Origin: an uncultured Erysipelotrichaceae bacterium
GTDB taxonomy: Bacteria; Bacillota_I; Bacilli_A; Erysipelotrichales; Erysipelotrichaceae
Length of the DNA: 32,000 nucleotides
Reading direction: 5' to 3'
NCBI GenBank assembly: GCA_964401865.1
Contig: CAYNZZ010000005.1
Span: forward strand, 1-32,000
Part shown: positions 16,430-26,905 of the stretch, one piece after another
Numbering within the stretch: position 1 is the first letter of the stretch
Layout: each line of letters begins with the position of its first letter
Made by a program: the position numbers and the translations under genes
Notes under the pieces: model-generated
Told to the model about the DNA's origin: nothing
What the model saw: only the letters and a program-made list of their open reading frames with translations
Database searches by the model: none

Positions 16430-17146
16430 TCATGAGTGCCCTAATAAAGCGATAAATATAATTCCTAAAACAAAACAGAATGCAACTTTTAAATATTCTT
16501 TACTTTCCAATGCTTCTTTCAATAAATCAAACAAAGATACATAAATCATCGCTCCTGCGGTTATTGCAAAGATAATGCTGAAATCCGCATCCATAAAGAT
16601 ATAGCTGAATAAGATTCCGGAAAATTCCAGCAAGGATGAAATAAAACATAATAACAATGCTTTTGAAGTGTTACCAGTTTCATCATAATACATAGTTGCC
16701 ATTACCATTCCCATCGGAATGTTATGAATCATAATAGCTAAACCCATCAATATTCCGGTTTCAAAAGAATTATTAGCCACTAAGTAGAGTCCCATACCTT
16801 CGGGAATGTTATGAATGCTGAGCAGAATCATAGAAATAATTGACACATTAGCCATTTTATGATGATTATGAGGTAATATGTGCATAACCAGATATATGCC
16901 AATAAAACCGATAATAAGATAAAGATAACTATTATTATTTATCTCCAGTGCTTCTTTGAACATATCAAAAGCCGACACATGGAACATTACGCCGGCTGCA
17001 AAGCCTAGAAGCGTGGTCATAAATCTATCATATCTGCCATTTAATCGAATCCCAAGATATCCTCCTAGAACTATGGACAAGCTAACAACCGATACCAATA
17101 ACAAGCTTTTCATGACCACTATTATAATACAAAAATTATCATGCAA
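16430..17146 (-). CDS. ZIP-family divalent metal (zinc) transporter, ZupT-like
   Basis: HNIPEGMGL and MIHNIPMGM motifs plus a His-rich loop (HILPHNHHKM). The start is uncertain: 17146, or 17113 at MKSLLLV. Confidence 0.8.
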   Translation of the reverse strand: MHDNFCIIIVVMKSLLLVSVVSLSIVLGGYLGIRLNGRYDRFMTTLLGFAAGVMFHVSAFDMFKEALEINNNSYLYLIIGFIGIYLVMHILPHNHHKMANVSIISMILLSIHNIPEGMGLYLVANNSFETGILMGLAIMIHNIPMGMVMATMYYDETGNTSKALLLCFISSLLEFSGILFSYIFMDADFSIIFAITAGAMIYVSLFDLLKEALESKEYLKVAFCFVLGIIFIALLGHS

Positions 17147-17179
17147 TGAACTATTTGCATTATGTAAGACTCATTCTTT

Positions 17180-18670
17180 TTATAGGTTGTACAGTTTGGA
17201 ATACTTTTCGACAAGATACTCGATATAATAGTCGGGATTGAATTTCTCACCAGTCGCCTTTAAAAGAATTTCATCCAATTCATATAAAGCAGCATATTTT
17301 TGAACATTTTCCTTTAACCAATCGGTTATCATCTTGAAATTAGATTCAAGAGCTTCTTTTACATTGATTTCTTTTTTCATGTAGTGATAAATCTGTGCCG
17401 CCACTGCGCTACCTAAAGCATAAGTAGGAAAATAGCCAAATGATGCATCAGACCAATGAATATCCTGAAGAATACCTTCTCTTTTAGTTTTCGGTCTAAT
17501 TCCTAAATACTTTTCATACATATCTTCCCAAGTGATATCAAGATTTTCTGAAGATATGCTTCCATTCATTAATCCTTTTTCTATTTCGTATCTTATTAGA
17601 ATATGAATAGGATATGTTAATTCATCAGCGTCAGTTCTAATGAAAGATGGTTTGGACACATTGATCATTTTAGTGAATTCCTTTAAGCTAATTTCTTTTA
17701 ATTCCTCAGGAAATAATTCTTGCATCTTTGGATAAAAGTTAGTAATAAAGCTCTCTGATCGACCTAAATAATTTTCGAATAAACGACTTTGTGATTCGTG
17801 CATACCGCTCGAGATAGCTTTTTTAATAATGGTTCCGTCGTATTTTTCATCAGTTTGATGTTCGTAGAAGGCATGGCCAACTTCGTGAACGATAGAAAAT
17901 ATTGATGACGAAATATTATACTCGTCATATAATGTGGTAACCCTGACATCATTGTTGCTAAAACCGTTAGTAAAAGGATGCATTGATACACCCATGTATC
18001 CCCAATTGCTAGTAAAACCAAGATATTTATTGATATCATTCATCAATATAGCCTGTTTGTCAGCGCTGTAATAATGATGAATTACCCCGTCATCAATAGC
18101 GTTCGACTCGGCGATTTTGGCGATTAACGGAAGTAATGCGTCTTTTAATTTATTGAAGAATTTGTCATATTTTTCAATATTCATCCCTTCTTCGTAGTCA
18201 TCTAGCAAAACATCGTATATATTGCCATTTGTGCTTCGATATTCTGCCATTCTCTTTCGATAATCAATCATCTTTTTTAAGTGTGGTTCAAAAATGCGAT
18301 AATCATCTTTTTCTTTAGCAATTTCCCAAGCATCCATACTATCTAGACAATCTCTTTGGAAATCAAGGTATAGATTTTTGGGAATGTCATCATAGATTTT
18401 GAATTCTTTTTTGTATAAACTGATATAACGGTTATTTTCATAACCTAAATCGACATTAGCCAATTCATAGACCAATGCTTTAATTTTGCTGTCATTGGCG
18501 ATATCGTAATAAACTTCTTCGATCTTTGATAATCGATCATTACGGTATTTAGCACCATCTTTTGGCGCGATAGTTCTAAGGTCAAAATAACAAGTGCTCA
18601 TTATTAACTCGAAAGCACTTTTCTTATGTTCCCACTCTTTAATTTTGGCTAGTTTTTCTTCGTTTGTCAT
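17180..18670 (-). CDS. M32 carboxypeptidase (carboxypeptidase Taq family, Zn metallopeptidase)
   Basis: HEVGHAFYEH (HEXXH), HESQSRLFEN, IRTDADELTYPIH, and DIHWSDASFGYFPTYALG. Confidence 0.9.
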   Translation of the reverse strand: MTNEEKLAKIKEWEHKKSAFELIMSTCYFDLRTIAPKDGAKYRNDRLSKIEEVYYDIANDSKIKALVYELANVDLGYENNRYISLYKKEFKIYDDIPKNLYLDFQRDCLDSMDAWEIAKEKDDYRIFEPHLKKMIDYRKRMAEYRSTNGNIYDVLLDDYEEGMNIEKYDKFFNKLKDALLPLIAKIAESNAIDDGVIHHYYSADKQAILMNDINKYLGFTSNWGYMGVSMHPFTNGFSNNDVRVTTLYDEYNISSSIFSIVHEVGHAFYEHQTDEKYDGTIIKKAISSGMHESQSRLFENYLGRSESFITNFYPKMQELFPEELKEISLKEFTKMINVSKPSFIRTDADELTYPIHILIRYEIEKGLMNGSISSENLDITWEDMYEKYLGIRPKTKREGILQDIHWSDASFGYFPTYALGSAVAAQIYHYMKKEINVKEALESNFKMITDWLKENVQKYAALYELDEILLKATGEKFNPDYYIEYLVEKYSKLYNL

Positions 18671-18861
18671 TTTTACCTCCTTTATTGTTTACCAGATTTA
18701 GCGGTAAGTTATTTATAAAACAATTATACATCAATGCGTTGTATTCACTTAAAGCTGTAGAATAAAATGGGTAAATGGTTATCAAAAAACTTTAATAATA
18801 TTTAATAAATATCTTTTAGCATTTCCTATATAATTAAATAAGGATGGAGGAGTATCTAATA

Positions 18862-19932
18862 ATGAATGATAATTTAATGTGGGCATTAGTCAAAAAGGAA
18901 GATAAAAAGGGATTGGCTTTGATGAGAAAACCGATACCTGAACCAGCTTATAATGAAGTAAAAATTAAAATTCATAAAACTGCAATTTGTGGTACAGATG
19001 TACACATTTATGAGTGGAATGACTGGGCAAGACATACCATTACCCTAGGGCAAATTGCTGGGCACGAATATGTTGGTGAGATTGTAGAGGTTGGCAAAGC
19101 TGTTAAAAAGTTTAAAGTTGGCGATATCGTTACCGGTGAAGGACATATAGTTTGTGGGAAGTGTCGTAATTGTCTGGAAGGGCATAAGGAAAACTGTAAA
19201 GATGCTAAGGGCGTTGGTGTAAATCGCGATGGTGCTTTTGCCGAGTATTTGGTTATTCCTGAAGATAATGTTTGGATGACAAAAAAGAGCATTGATGAAG
19301 AGATATATTCTATTTTCGATCCACTTGGCAATGCTTGTCATAGTGCATTAAGCTATGATTTATTAGGTGAAGATGTGCTTATTACCGGAGCTGGTCCTAT
19401 TGGAATTATGGCCTCAGCTATTTGCAAGTTTGCCGGCGCAAGAAATATTGTTATTACCGATTTCAATGAATATAGACTAGATTTAGCGAAAAAACTAGGC
19501 GCAACAAGAACTGTCAATTTGAAAAATGAAAAGTTAAGAGATGTGATGGCAGAAATCGGCATGAGTGAAGGATTTGATGTAGGCCTTGAAATGTCGGGGG
19601 CTCAAAGTGCGTTCAGTGAAATGGTTGAACTTATGAGACATGGTGGAAATATAGCTTTATTAGGACTACAAGCTCCTAGTGCTAATATCAACTGGGAAAC
19701 TGTTATTTGGAATGGTTTAAATATTCGCGGAATATATGGCAGAAAAGTTTGGGATACTTGGTATAAGATGACCAGTATGATTGAGGGCGGCCTAGATATT
19801 AGTGGCGTAATTACGCATCGCTTGAATATTAAAGATTATAAAGCAGGCTTTGATGCAATGATTAAAGGTCAATCAGGAAAGGTTATTTTGGATTGGACTG
19901 ATTTGGATGAGTTAAAGGAAGAAGAACAATGA
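18862..19932 (+). CDS. tdh: L-threonine 3-dehydrogenase
   Basis: Near-colinear with E. coli Tdh as I remember it: [40 protein letters not shown], and QSGKVILDW. Start chosen at ATG 18862, with GGAGGAG 8 nt upstream. Confidence 0.9.
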   Translation: MNDNLMWALVKKEDKKGLALMRKPIPEPAYNEVKIKIHKTAICGTDVHIYEWNDWARHTITLGQIAGHEYVGEIVEVGKAVKKFKVGDIVTGEGHIVCGKCRNCLEGHKENCKDAKGVGVNRDGAFAEYLVIPEDNVWMTKKSIDEEIYSIFDPLGNACHSALSYDLLGEDVLITGAGPIGIMASAICKFAGARNIVITDFNEYRLDLAKKLGATRTVNLKNEKLRDVMAEIGMSEGFDVGLEMSGAQSAFSEMVELMRHGGNIALLGLQAPSANINWETVIWNGLNIRGIYGRKVWDTWYKMTSMIEGGLDISGVITHRLNIKDYKAGFDAMIKGQSGKVILDWTDLDELKEEEQ

Positions 19933-21128
19933 TTAAAGATAAGAAAGAAATATTAAAAATATATAGTGACGAAGTAGAAGAAATAAGAAAAGCCGGTTTA
20001 TTTAAAGGCGAAACGCCCATTGTATCTACTCAAGGAGCTAGAGTAATACTTGATGATGGGCGCAGTGTGATCAATATGTGTGCCAATAATTATCTTGGCT
20101 TAGCCGATAATCAACGATTAATTGATGCGGCTAAAAAGACTTACGATAATCGTGGTTATGGTGTGGCTTCGGTGAGATTTATTTGTGGGACTCAAGATAT
20201 CCACAAACAGCTTGAGAAAAAGATTTCTGATTTCTTAAAGATGGATGATACAATTCTTTATTCATCGTGTTTTGATGCGAATGGCGGTTTATTTGAAACA
20301 ATTTTAACCAGTGAAGATGCGGTTATTTCTGATGAATTAAATCATGCATCAATTATTGATGGTGTCAGATTGTGCAAGGCAAAAAGATATCGTTACAAGA
20401 ATAATGACATGGATGATTTAAGAGTTAAGTTAGTTGAAGCCTATGCTGATGGAGCGAGAATAAAGCTGATTGCAACCGATGGTGTTTTCTCGATGGATGG
20501 TATTATATGTAATTTGAAGGCAGTATGCGATTTAGCTGACGAGTTTAATGCCCTTGTTATGGTTGATGATAGTCATGCGGTTGGTTTTGTGGGTGAAAAC
20601 GGTCGTGGAACTGCTGAATATGCCAAAGTTGAAGGACGTGTCGATATTATTACCGGTACCTTAGGTAAGGCGCTTGGTGGTGCATCCGGTGGTTATACTT
20701 CAGCTAGAAAAGAAATCGTTGATTTGTTAAGACAGAGATCAAGACCGTACTTATTCTCTAATTCTTTAGCTCCTGCTATTGTCGGTGCTAGTATGGAATT
20801 ATTTGATATGTTAAAAGAGAGCACTGAACTTAGGGATCATTTGATGTCATTGACCAAGTATTATCGTGATGAACTAGAAAAGAATGACTTTGACATCATT
20901 AAAGGCAGTCATCCATGCGTGCCAGTTATGCTGTATGATGAAAATATTGCCAGTGAGTTCGCTAAAAAAATGATGGAGAAAGGCGTTTATGTTGTGGCTT
21001 TCTCGTATCCGGTTGTGCCTAAAGGCAAAGCACGGATTAGAACCCAAGTTTCTGCTGCTCATACAAAAGAAGATATCGATTATGTAGTGAAATGTTTTAT
21101 TGAAACTAGAAAAGAAATGGGGATTTAA
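19929..21128 (+). CDS. kbl: 2-amino-3-ketobutyrate CoA ligase (glycine C-acetyltransferase)
   Basis: [35 protein letters not shown], the PLP-lysine context [15 protein letters not shown], and [11 protein letters not shown]. Overlaps the tdh stop. Confidence 0.9.
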   Translation: MIKDKKEILKIYSDEVEEIRKAGLFKGETPIVSTQGARVILDDGRSVINMCANNYLGLADNQRLIDAAKKTYDNRGYGVASVRFICGTQDIHKQLEKKISDFLKMDDTILYSSCFDANGGLFETILTSEDAVISDELNHASIIDGVRLCKAKRYRYKNNDMDDLRVKLVEAYADGARIKLIATDGVFSMDGIICNLKAVCDLADEFNALVMVDDSHAVGFVGENGRGTAEYAKVEGRVDIITGTLGKALGGASGGYTSARKEIVDLLRQRSRPYLFSNSLAPAIVGASMELFDMLKESTELRDHLMSLTKYYRDELEKNDFDIIKGSHPCVPVMLYDENIASEFAKKMMEKGVYVVAFSYPVVPKGKARIRTQVSAAHTKEDIDYVVKCFIETRKEMGI

Positions 21129-21140
21129 ATCCCCGTTTTT
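21119..21140 (+). terminator. Intrinsic terminator overlapping the kbl stop
   Basis: GGGGAT-TTAA-ATCCCC followed by GTTTTT. Confidence 0.7.
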
Positions 21141-21188
21141 AGTTGCCTTTCAATGTTACTAAAGTATCTAATGTGTTAAGATTAACTT

Positions 21189-22337
21189 ATGAAAGAAAGA
21201 AAATATACTAATATTATTGATTATATAAATTGGCGTGGTGATTTGAGTTTTGATGCATCTCCTTTCAATGAAGTAGATGCCGCTATATTTGCCCGTTTTT
21301 CTTATATGGATTTAAAAAATATCGTTCTTTATTCGGCTAAAGGAATGAGCTTGAAGAATGCTTATCAAAAATATGCAAGAAAAAAGGAATGTCGTATATA
21401 TTGGGAATTAGATCCAGAACTATTCAAAAAGATGTCTGAGTCAAAGCGATATCAAGATCTTACATTATCGTTTTATATTGAAAGGAATAATGCAATTAAG
21501 GTTGAACAGTTTTCTGCTTTGACCATCAGTATCAGAAATGATTTACATTTTGTTTCTTATCGAGGTACGGATAGCACGGTTAATGGTTGGAAAGAAGATT
21601 TGATGATGACTTTTGATGAGTCTGTGCCTTCGCAAGAAGAAGCTAAAAGATATCTAAAAAGAGTAAGTAATACACTGGAAGGCGATTTTTACATTGGCGG
21701 ACATTCCAAAGGTGGTAATTTATCAGTATATGCATCCATTATGAGCGATGATACACTAACTAATCGTATTAAAGGTGTTTATTCATTTGACGGACCTGGT
21801 CTACATAAAAACATTTTAGAAAAAGCCGGTAATAAAAAGATTGTTAATTCCATTTATACCTATATTCCTCAATCATCTGTTTTTGGCAGAATGTTAAATC
21901 ATAGTGAACAAATGCTAATGGTTCATAGTGCTAGCACTGGGCTTTTGCAGCATGATCTATATTCATGGACAGTTATGCAAAAAACTTTTAATCTCGAAAA
22001 AGATAACACTGCATTTTCAAGAGTTTTTGAAACGACATTTCAAGACTATTTAAGTAATCTTACAAGAGATGACAGAAAGAAAGTGGTCGATGTGATATTT
22101 AATGCAATTGCTGAATGTGGTGAAGTCAATACAATCGAAGAATTAGCTAAGGGCTTGATGTTTAATTTACTCAAAGTCGTGAAACATTTAAGCGATTTAG
22201 AAAGAGATGATCAAGCTTTAATTAGTGAAGCGATTAAAGTATTGGGTGGATCATTTGTGGATAGTTTGAGCGATGAAATAAAATTGCGTATTCCCCGCAT
22301 ACCTTTCATTGATGTTAAGAAAAAAACTGAAAAGTAA
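21189..22337 (+). CDS. Mbeg1-like (DUF2974) alpha/beta-hydrolase-type protein
   Basis: YRGTDSTVNGWKEDL and the nucleophile-elbow-like IGGHSKGGNLSVYAS. Confidence 0.7.
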   Translation: MKERKYTNIIDYINWRGDLSFDASPFNEVDAAIFARFSYMDLKNIVLYSAKGMSLKNAYQKYARKKECRIYWELDPELFKKMSESKRYQDLTLSFYIERNNAIKVEQFSALTISIRNDLHFVSYRGTDSTVNGWKEDLMMTFDESVPSQEEAKRYLKRVSNTLEGDFYIGGHSKGGNLSVYASIMSDDTLTNRIKGVYSFDGPGLHKNILEKAGNKKIVNSIYTYIPQSSVFGRMLNHSEQMLMVHSASTGLLQHDLYSWTVMQKTFNLEKDNTAFSRVFETTFQDYLSNLTRDDRKKVVDVIFNAIAECGEVNTIEELAKGLMFNLLKVVKHLSDLERDDQALISEAIKVLGGSFVDSLSDEIKLRIPRIPFIDVKKKTEK

Positions 22338-22340
22338 TTA

Positions 22341-22381
22341 TTGCTCTTTTGTCACTGAGCATGGCGATAAAAGAGCATTTT
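22341..22381 (+). terminator. Intrinsic terminator
   Basis: TGCTCTTTT ... AAAAGAGCA followed by TTTTT. Confidence 0.7.
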
Positions 22382-22437
22382 TAAATGTGCTATACTTTAG
22401 TTAAATAATCTTATAATAAGAAAAGAGGTATAGACTT

Positions 22438-22893
22438 ATGAAACTAGCAGAAGCGTTACAAGAGCGAGCTTTTTTGAATCGCACAATTGAACAATTAAAA
22501 AGCCGACTTATGAATAATGCATTGATTCAGGAGGGCGAAGAACCGTCTGAAAATCCTCGCGATTTAAAAAATGCACTTGATAAGGCTATTGATAGACTTG
22601 AATATCTAATTGCTCATATCAATAAAACTAATTCAGAAACAGTTGTTGATGGAAAAACATTGACAGAGATGATTAGCGAGAAAGATGCTTTGATTATCAA
22701 GATTAGTGCATATCAGGATATTATTAGTAGCGCCAGCCAATCGACATATCGTGCTAGAGGCAGCGAGATAAAGATTAAGCCATCGATCGATATATCGGCA
22801 TGGCAAAAGGAAGCTGATAAAATTTCTAAGGAAATAAGAGAGTTAGACAATAAGTTACAATCTAGTAATTGGTTAACTGATTTAGCAGAATAA
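22438..22893 (+). CDS. DIP1984-family (septicolysin-like) protein, function unknown
   Basis: MKLAEALQERAFLNRTIEQLKSRL...IQEGEEPSENP...INKTN...RELDNKLQSSNWLTDL matches my memory of the DIP1984 family pattern. Confidence 0.6.
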   Translation: MKLAEALQERAFLNRTIEQLKSRLMNNALIQEGEEPSENPRDLKNALDKAIDRLEYLIAHINKTNSETVVDGKTLTEMISEKDALIIKISAYQDIISSASQSTYRARGSEIKIKPSIDISAWQKEADKISKEIRELDNKLQSSNWLTDLAE

Positions 22894-23136
22894 AAATAGT
22901 GTTTAGTGATTAAAAGGCGAATTTCACGCGGCAACTGCGTAAAGTTGTATGTATGCACGAAAAGAGCTTGTGAAATATTATTGTTATGCTCAGATAGTGT
23001 ACAAATGCATTGTTTATTGATTATTTTTAATACCAGGAATTGATTTTAATTGCGAGGGTGGGATTGGGGCCTTAGATAATTGGTGGTATTTTATCCAATA
23101 CTATGATAAAGTTGTGCTGTATAAAGGGGTGAAAAG

Positions 23137-23160
23137 ATGATCAATGTTTCTTGTAAGTAG
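23137..23160 (+). CDS. Candidate 7-codon leader peptide MINVSCK of the ABC-F attenuator
   Basis: AAAGGGGTG RBS 6 nt upstream of the ATG. The codons VSCK overlap segment 1 of the alternative RNA pairings. Confidence 0.5.
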   Translation: MINVSCK

Positions 23161-23274
23161 TTATTATTTTTCAAGTAATCTTTTAAATAGAGATGACTTG
23201 GTTATGCAAGAAAGTTGATGTCCTTACTCTAACGATATAATTTAATTATTATCAAATATTTTTGTCTTATTTTG

Positions 23275-23306
23275 AGTTGCATGATTTTCTTTCTTGCAAC
23301 TTTTTT
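23275..23306 (+). terminator. Attenuator terminator upstream of the ABC-F gene
   Basis: AGTTGCA (23275-23281) pairs with TGCAACT (23295-23301), followed by T6. The RBS GGGGGA and the ATG lie 8-24 nt downstream. Confidence 0.7.
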
Positions 23307-23324
23307 AATAGGGGGAATTATTAT

Positions 23325-24800
23325 ATGTCGATAATTAATATAGAGAATTTAAGCTTTTCGCATGATTCGAGTGATGATTTGTTGTTTGATAATGTTAGTG
23401 TTCAATTGGATAGCAATTGGCGACTGGGTTTAATTGGTCGAAATGGTAGAGGTAAAACTACATTCTTGAATCTACTACTAGGGAAATATGAATATAAGGG
23501 TAAAATATATAGTCCTCTGCGCTTTGATTACTTTCCGTTTGAAGTAAAAGATAAAGAACTAACCATGATAGATATAATCAACCAAATGTGTGATGACATA
23601 GAGGAATGGGAAATCATCAGAGAATTATCATATTTGGATATTGATGAAGATATTGCATATCGACCTTTTAAGTATTTATCTAGTGGCGAGAGAACTAAAG
23701 GTTTATTGGTGAGTATGTTTTTAAGAAAAAATAATTTTCTTTTAATTGATGAACCTACTAATCATCTGGATATAAAAGGGCGTGAGAAAGTGGCGCAATA
23801 CCTAAGGAAGAAAAATGGTTTTATTGTGGTTTCACATGATAGGACATTTTTGGATATCTGTGTCGATCATATTCTTTCAATCAATAGAGCGAATGTCGAG
23901 GTGCAAAGTGGTAATTTCTCGTCATATATGGAAAATTTTAAAAGACAGGAGCAATACGAATTGACGCAAAATAATCGTTTAAAGAAAGATATCGTACGAT
24001 TAAATAAAGCGGCTAGGCAGACATCGAATTGGTCGGATAAAGTTGAAGCTTCAAAGATTGGAGCGGGAGATAAGGGCTATGTTGGTCATATGGCCGCCAA
24101 GATGATGAAGAGGTCTAAAAATATTGAAGCTAGACAACTAAAGGCAATAGAAGAGAAAAAGACGTTACTTAAAAATGTCGAAGAAATTGAAGATTTATCA
24201 CTTTTCTCGCTTGATCCCCACACAAATAAACTTATAAGTATTTCTGATTTGTCTATTATTTACGATGATAAAGAGATATTTGAGCCAGTAAGTTTTGATA
24301 TTTTAAAAAATGAAAGAGTTTTTTTGGATGGTATCAATGGCAGTGGCAAGAGTAGCTTATTAAAGCTAATTATAAATGGAGATATGAGACATAGCGGAAT
24401 GATTACTAAGAATCCCGGAATTATTATTTCTTATGTCCCTCAAGAAACATCACATTTAAGCGGAAGTCTAAAAAAGTTTATTTTAGATAACGATTTGGAT
24501 GAACATCGTTTTAAAGCGATACTTAGAAAGATGGATTTTGAAAGATCGGATTTTACTTCTGATTTGTCTAATTATTCAGCGGGACAAAAAAAGAAAGTTT
24601 TGTTGGCGAAAAGTCTGACTGAAAAAGCTCATCTATACATATGGGATGAACCTTTAAATTATATTGATATCTATTCTCGTATGCAGATTGAAAAGTTAAT
24701 TGATACATTTAAACCTACAATGCTTATGGTTGAACACGATCAAGCGTTCAAGAATGCTATCTGTACAAAAAGTATAAATATAAAACCATTCAGACAATAA
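23325..24800 (+). CDS. Lsa-like ARE ABC-F ribosomal protection protein (putative lincosamide/streptogramin A/pleuromutilin resistance type)
   Basis: Two ABC domains with no TM region. The N-terminus IENLSFSHD..LLFDNVSVQLDSNWRLGLIGRNGRGKTTFLNLLLGKYEYKGKI and the FDYFPF motif are typical of Lsa-type proteins. There is a long charged interdomain linker. Start at ATG 23325. Confidence 0.8.
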   Translation: MSIINIENLSFSHDSSDDLLFDNVSVQLDSNWRLGLIGRNGRGKTTFLNLLLGKYEYKGKIYSPLRFDYFPFEVKDKELTMIDIINQMCDDIEEWEIIRELSYLDIDEDIAYRPFKYLSSGERTKGLLVSMFLRKNNFLLIDEPTNHLDIKGREKVAQYLRKKNGFIVVSHDRTFLDICVDHILSINRANVEVQSGNFSSYMENFKRQEQYELTQNNRLKKDIVRLNKAARQTSNWSDKVEASKIGAGDKGYVGHMAAKMMKRSKNIEARQLKAIEEKKTLLKNVEEIEDLSLFSLDPHTNKLISISDLSIIYDDKEIFEPVSFDILKNERVFLDGINGSGKSSLLKLIINGDMRHSGMITKNPGIIISYVPQETSHLSGSLKKFILDNDLDEHRFKAILRKMDFERSDFTSDLSNYSAGQKKKVLLAKSLTEKAHLYIWDEPLNYIDIYSRMQIEKLIDTFKPTMLMVEHDQAFKNAICTKSINIKPFRQ

Positions 24801-24831
24801 AAATGAAATATAATAAGTATATTTTGGTACA

Positions 24832-24840
24832 TGATATAAT
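24832..24840 (+). promoter_or_regulatory. Extended -10 element (TGaTATAAT) upstream of the HerA-like gene
   Basis: TGATATAAT lies 33 nt before the ATG, with no good -35. Confidence 0.35.
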
Positions 24841-24872
24841 TTTGTTAAGTATAAGTTATAAGGAGAAATATT

Positions 24873-26435
24873 ATGCTTTATGATAATAAGATATTAGTGG
24901 GCAAGGCAAATGATAAATGTATTTATATTTATCCTAAAATGGCTAATCGACATGGATTGATTGCTGGGGCAACTGGTACCGGTAAGACTGTTACATTAAA
25001 GGTATTAGCTGAATCATTTAGTGATTTAGGAGTTCCGGTTTTTTTGGCTGATGCAAAAGGTGATTTAGCTGGAATGTGTGAAAAGGGAGTGATGGACGAT
25101 AATTTGCAAGGACGTATTGGTAAACTCGGACTTGATGAATTAAATTTTGATTTCAAGTCATATCCGACAACATTCTGGGATATCTATCAAGAAAAAGGTA
25201 TTTCACTTCGCACAACTATTTCTGAAATGGGCCCGCTTTTGCTTTCTAGAATTATGGATTTGAGCGATGTTCAGGAAGATGTGTTGACTGTTATTTTTAA
25301 GATTGCTGATGATGAAAATCTTTTGTTGACGGATATTAAAGATTTGCAGTCGATGATTAAATATGTAAGTGAAAATTCAAAAGAATATTCTATTTCTTAT
25401 GGCAATATGTCTAAACAATCGCTAAGTGCAATTATAAGGTCATTAGTAGCACTTGAAAGTGTCGGCGGCAATATTTTCTTTGGTGAGCCGGCATTGGATA
25501 TTAAAGATTGGATTCAAACAGATGATGGTCGTGGGAAAATAAATATTTTAGATTGTCAAAAACTGATGTTGTCGCCAAAGATGTATGCAACCTTTATGTT
25601 GTGGATGCTTTCGGAGCTGTTTGAAACACTTCCTGAAGCAGGCGATTTAGATAAACCGAGAATGGTTTTCTTCTTTGATGAAGCTCACATGCTTTTTGAC
25701 ACCGCTAATAAAGCGTTGTTAGAAAAGATTGAACAGGTAGTTAAATTAATCCGTTCAAAGGGTGTTGGCATTTATTTCATAACTCAAAATCCAAAGGATA
25801 TTCCTGATAATGTTTTGGCACAATTGGGTAACAAGATTCAGCATGCTTTGCATGCCTATACACCTAATGAACAAAAAGTAGCTAAAGCCGCAGCTCAATC
25901 ATTTAGAGAAAATGAAGAATTTAACACTTATGAAACGTTGCTTTCATTAGGAATTGGCGAAGCTTTGATTTCGGTTTTGGATGAAGAAGGAATTCCAACT
26001 GTGGTCGAAAAATGTAAAATTTTACCTCCGCAATCATTGATGGGCACATTAGATGATGATGCTAGATTTAGAGCAGTTCAAAACGATTTATTATATGTGA
26101 AGTATCATGAATCGGTGGATAATGATTCAGCATATGAATTTTTAATGCGTAAAGCCGATGAGAATTTAAAAGAGCTAGAGATGCTGAAACTTCAAGAAGA
26201 ACAGTCTAAACAGCAGGAAAAATATGAAAAAGAATTAGCGAAAGAAAAAGAAAGGCAGGCAAAGGCTAAACAAAGAGAAATAAATAAGGTAGCTTCAAGT
26301 GCTGCTGGCACAATCGGAAGAGAACTTGGCAATACTTTTGGCAAGAGTATTGGCGGATCGTTTGGTAAAAGGCTGGGAGGTAATGTTGGAGCAAGTCTTG
26401 GTCGAGGCTTGCTAAATACCTTATTCAAAAAATAA
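24873..26435 (+). CDS. HerA-like/DUF853 (YjgR-type) P-loop NTPase
   Basis: ANRHGLIAGATGTGKTVTLKVLAE (Walker A), VFFFDEAHMLF (Walker B), and a C-terminal coiled-coil plus Gly/Lys-rich tail (GRELGNTFGKSIGGSFGKRLGGNVG). Confidence 0.8.
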   Translation: MLYDNKILVGKANDKCIYIYPKMANRHGLIAGATGTGKTVTLKVLAESFSDLGVPVFLADAKGDLAGMCEKGVMDDNLQGRIGKLGLDELNFDFKSYPTTFWDIYQEKGISLRTTISEMGPLLLSRIMDLSDVQEDVLTVIFKIADDENLLLTDIKDLQSMIKYVSENSKEYSISYGNMSKQSLSAIIRSLVALESVGGNIFFGEPALDIKDWIQTDDGRGKINILDCQKLMLSPKMYATFMLWMLSELFETLPEAGDLDKPRMVFFFDEAHMLFDTANKALLEKIEQVVKLIRSKGVGIYFITQNPKDIPDNVLAQLGNKIQHALHAYTPNEQKVAKAAAQSFRENEEFNTYETLLSLGIGEALISVLDEEGIPTVVEKCKILPPQSLMGTLDDDARFRAVQNDLLYVKYHESVDNDSAYEFLMRKADENLKELEMLKLQEEQSKQQEKYEKELAKEKERQAKAKQREINKVASSAAGTIGRELGNTFGKSIGGSFGKRLGGNVGASLGRGLLNTLFKK

Positions 26436-26463
26436 GTATAAAGATTATTTTATAAATATTAAG

Positions 26464-26506
26464 GCACAATCAAAAAGCTGCATTCGAGATTGTGCTTTTG
26501 ATTTTT
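26464..26506 (+). terminator. Intrinsic terminator
   Basis: GCACAATC ... GATTGTGC followed by TTTTGATTTTT. Confidence 0.7.
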
Positions 26507-26623
26507 ATGATGCCTAAATAGATGGATTTGTATTTGTGAGATAGGAATTTGTTGAAAAGGAAGAAATATCAATTTCTTTTAAAATGATTCATAATATTAT
26601 ATTTTCTATAGCGTTTTTGGTTA

Positions 26624-26764
26624 GTGATTGATACTCAAATCATTGAAGTAGAAAAATCAGTTGCTGCACCATCCGATCCATCAAGAAACGGTTATCGGTT
26701 CATAGGTTGGGAATGTGCGTTCGATAAAGTTGAATTAGATTTAGTTTTCAACTCCAACTACTGA
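26624..26764 (+). pseudogene. Orphan fragment of a Listeria-Bacteroides repeat (Flg_new/InlB B-repeat) surface protein
   Basis: VIDTQIIEVEKSVAAPSDPSRNGYRFIGWECAFDKVELDLVFNSNY fits the ...P.DP.R.GY.F.GW... repeat unit. It is a single 46-aa unit with no signal peptide or anchor, in a 500-bp gene-less gap. Confidence 0.5.
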
Positions 26765-26905
26765 ACTTTATTAAACTTAGGCAGAAAATGGCATGATAAT
26801 AGTGAAGAAATTCAACAATAAATAATGTAATAAAAAATATAACAGGATTGTTAATTATGTAAATAAACATATGTAACCATCCTTTTTAGTTGCAACATTA
26901 GGTAA

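Noticed and set aside
23053-23090. G-rich tract GAGGGTGGGATTGGGG...GGTGG upstream of the ABC-F leader, as a G-quadruplex
   Set aside because: There are only three proper G-runs of 3 or more. The fourth would need 2-nt runs 14 nt away, so the evidence for a stable G4 is weak. It may simply be part of the promoter region, which I could not define confidently.
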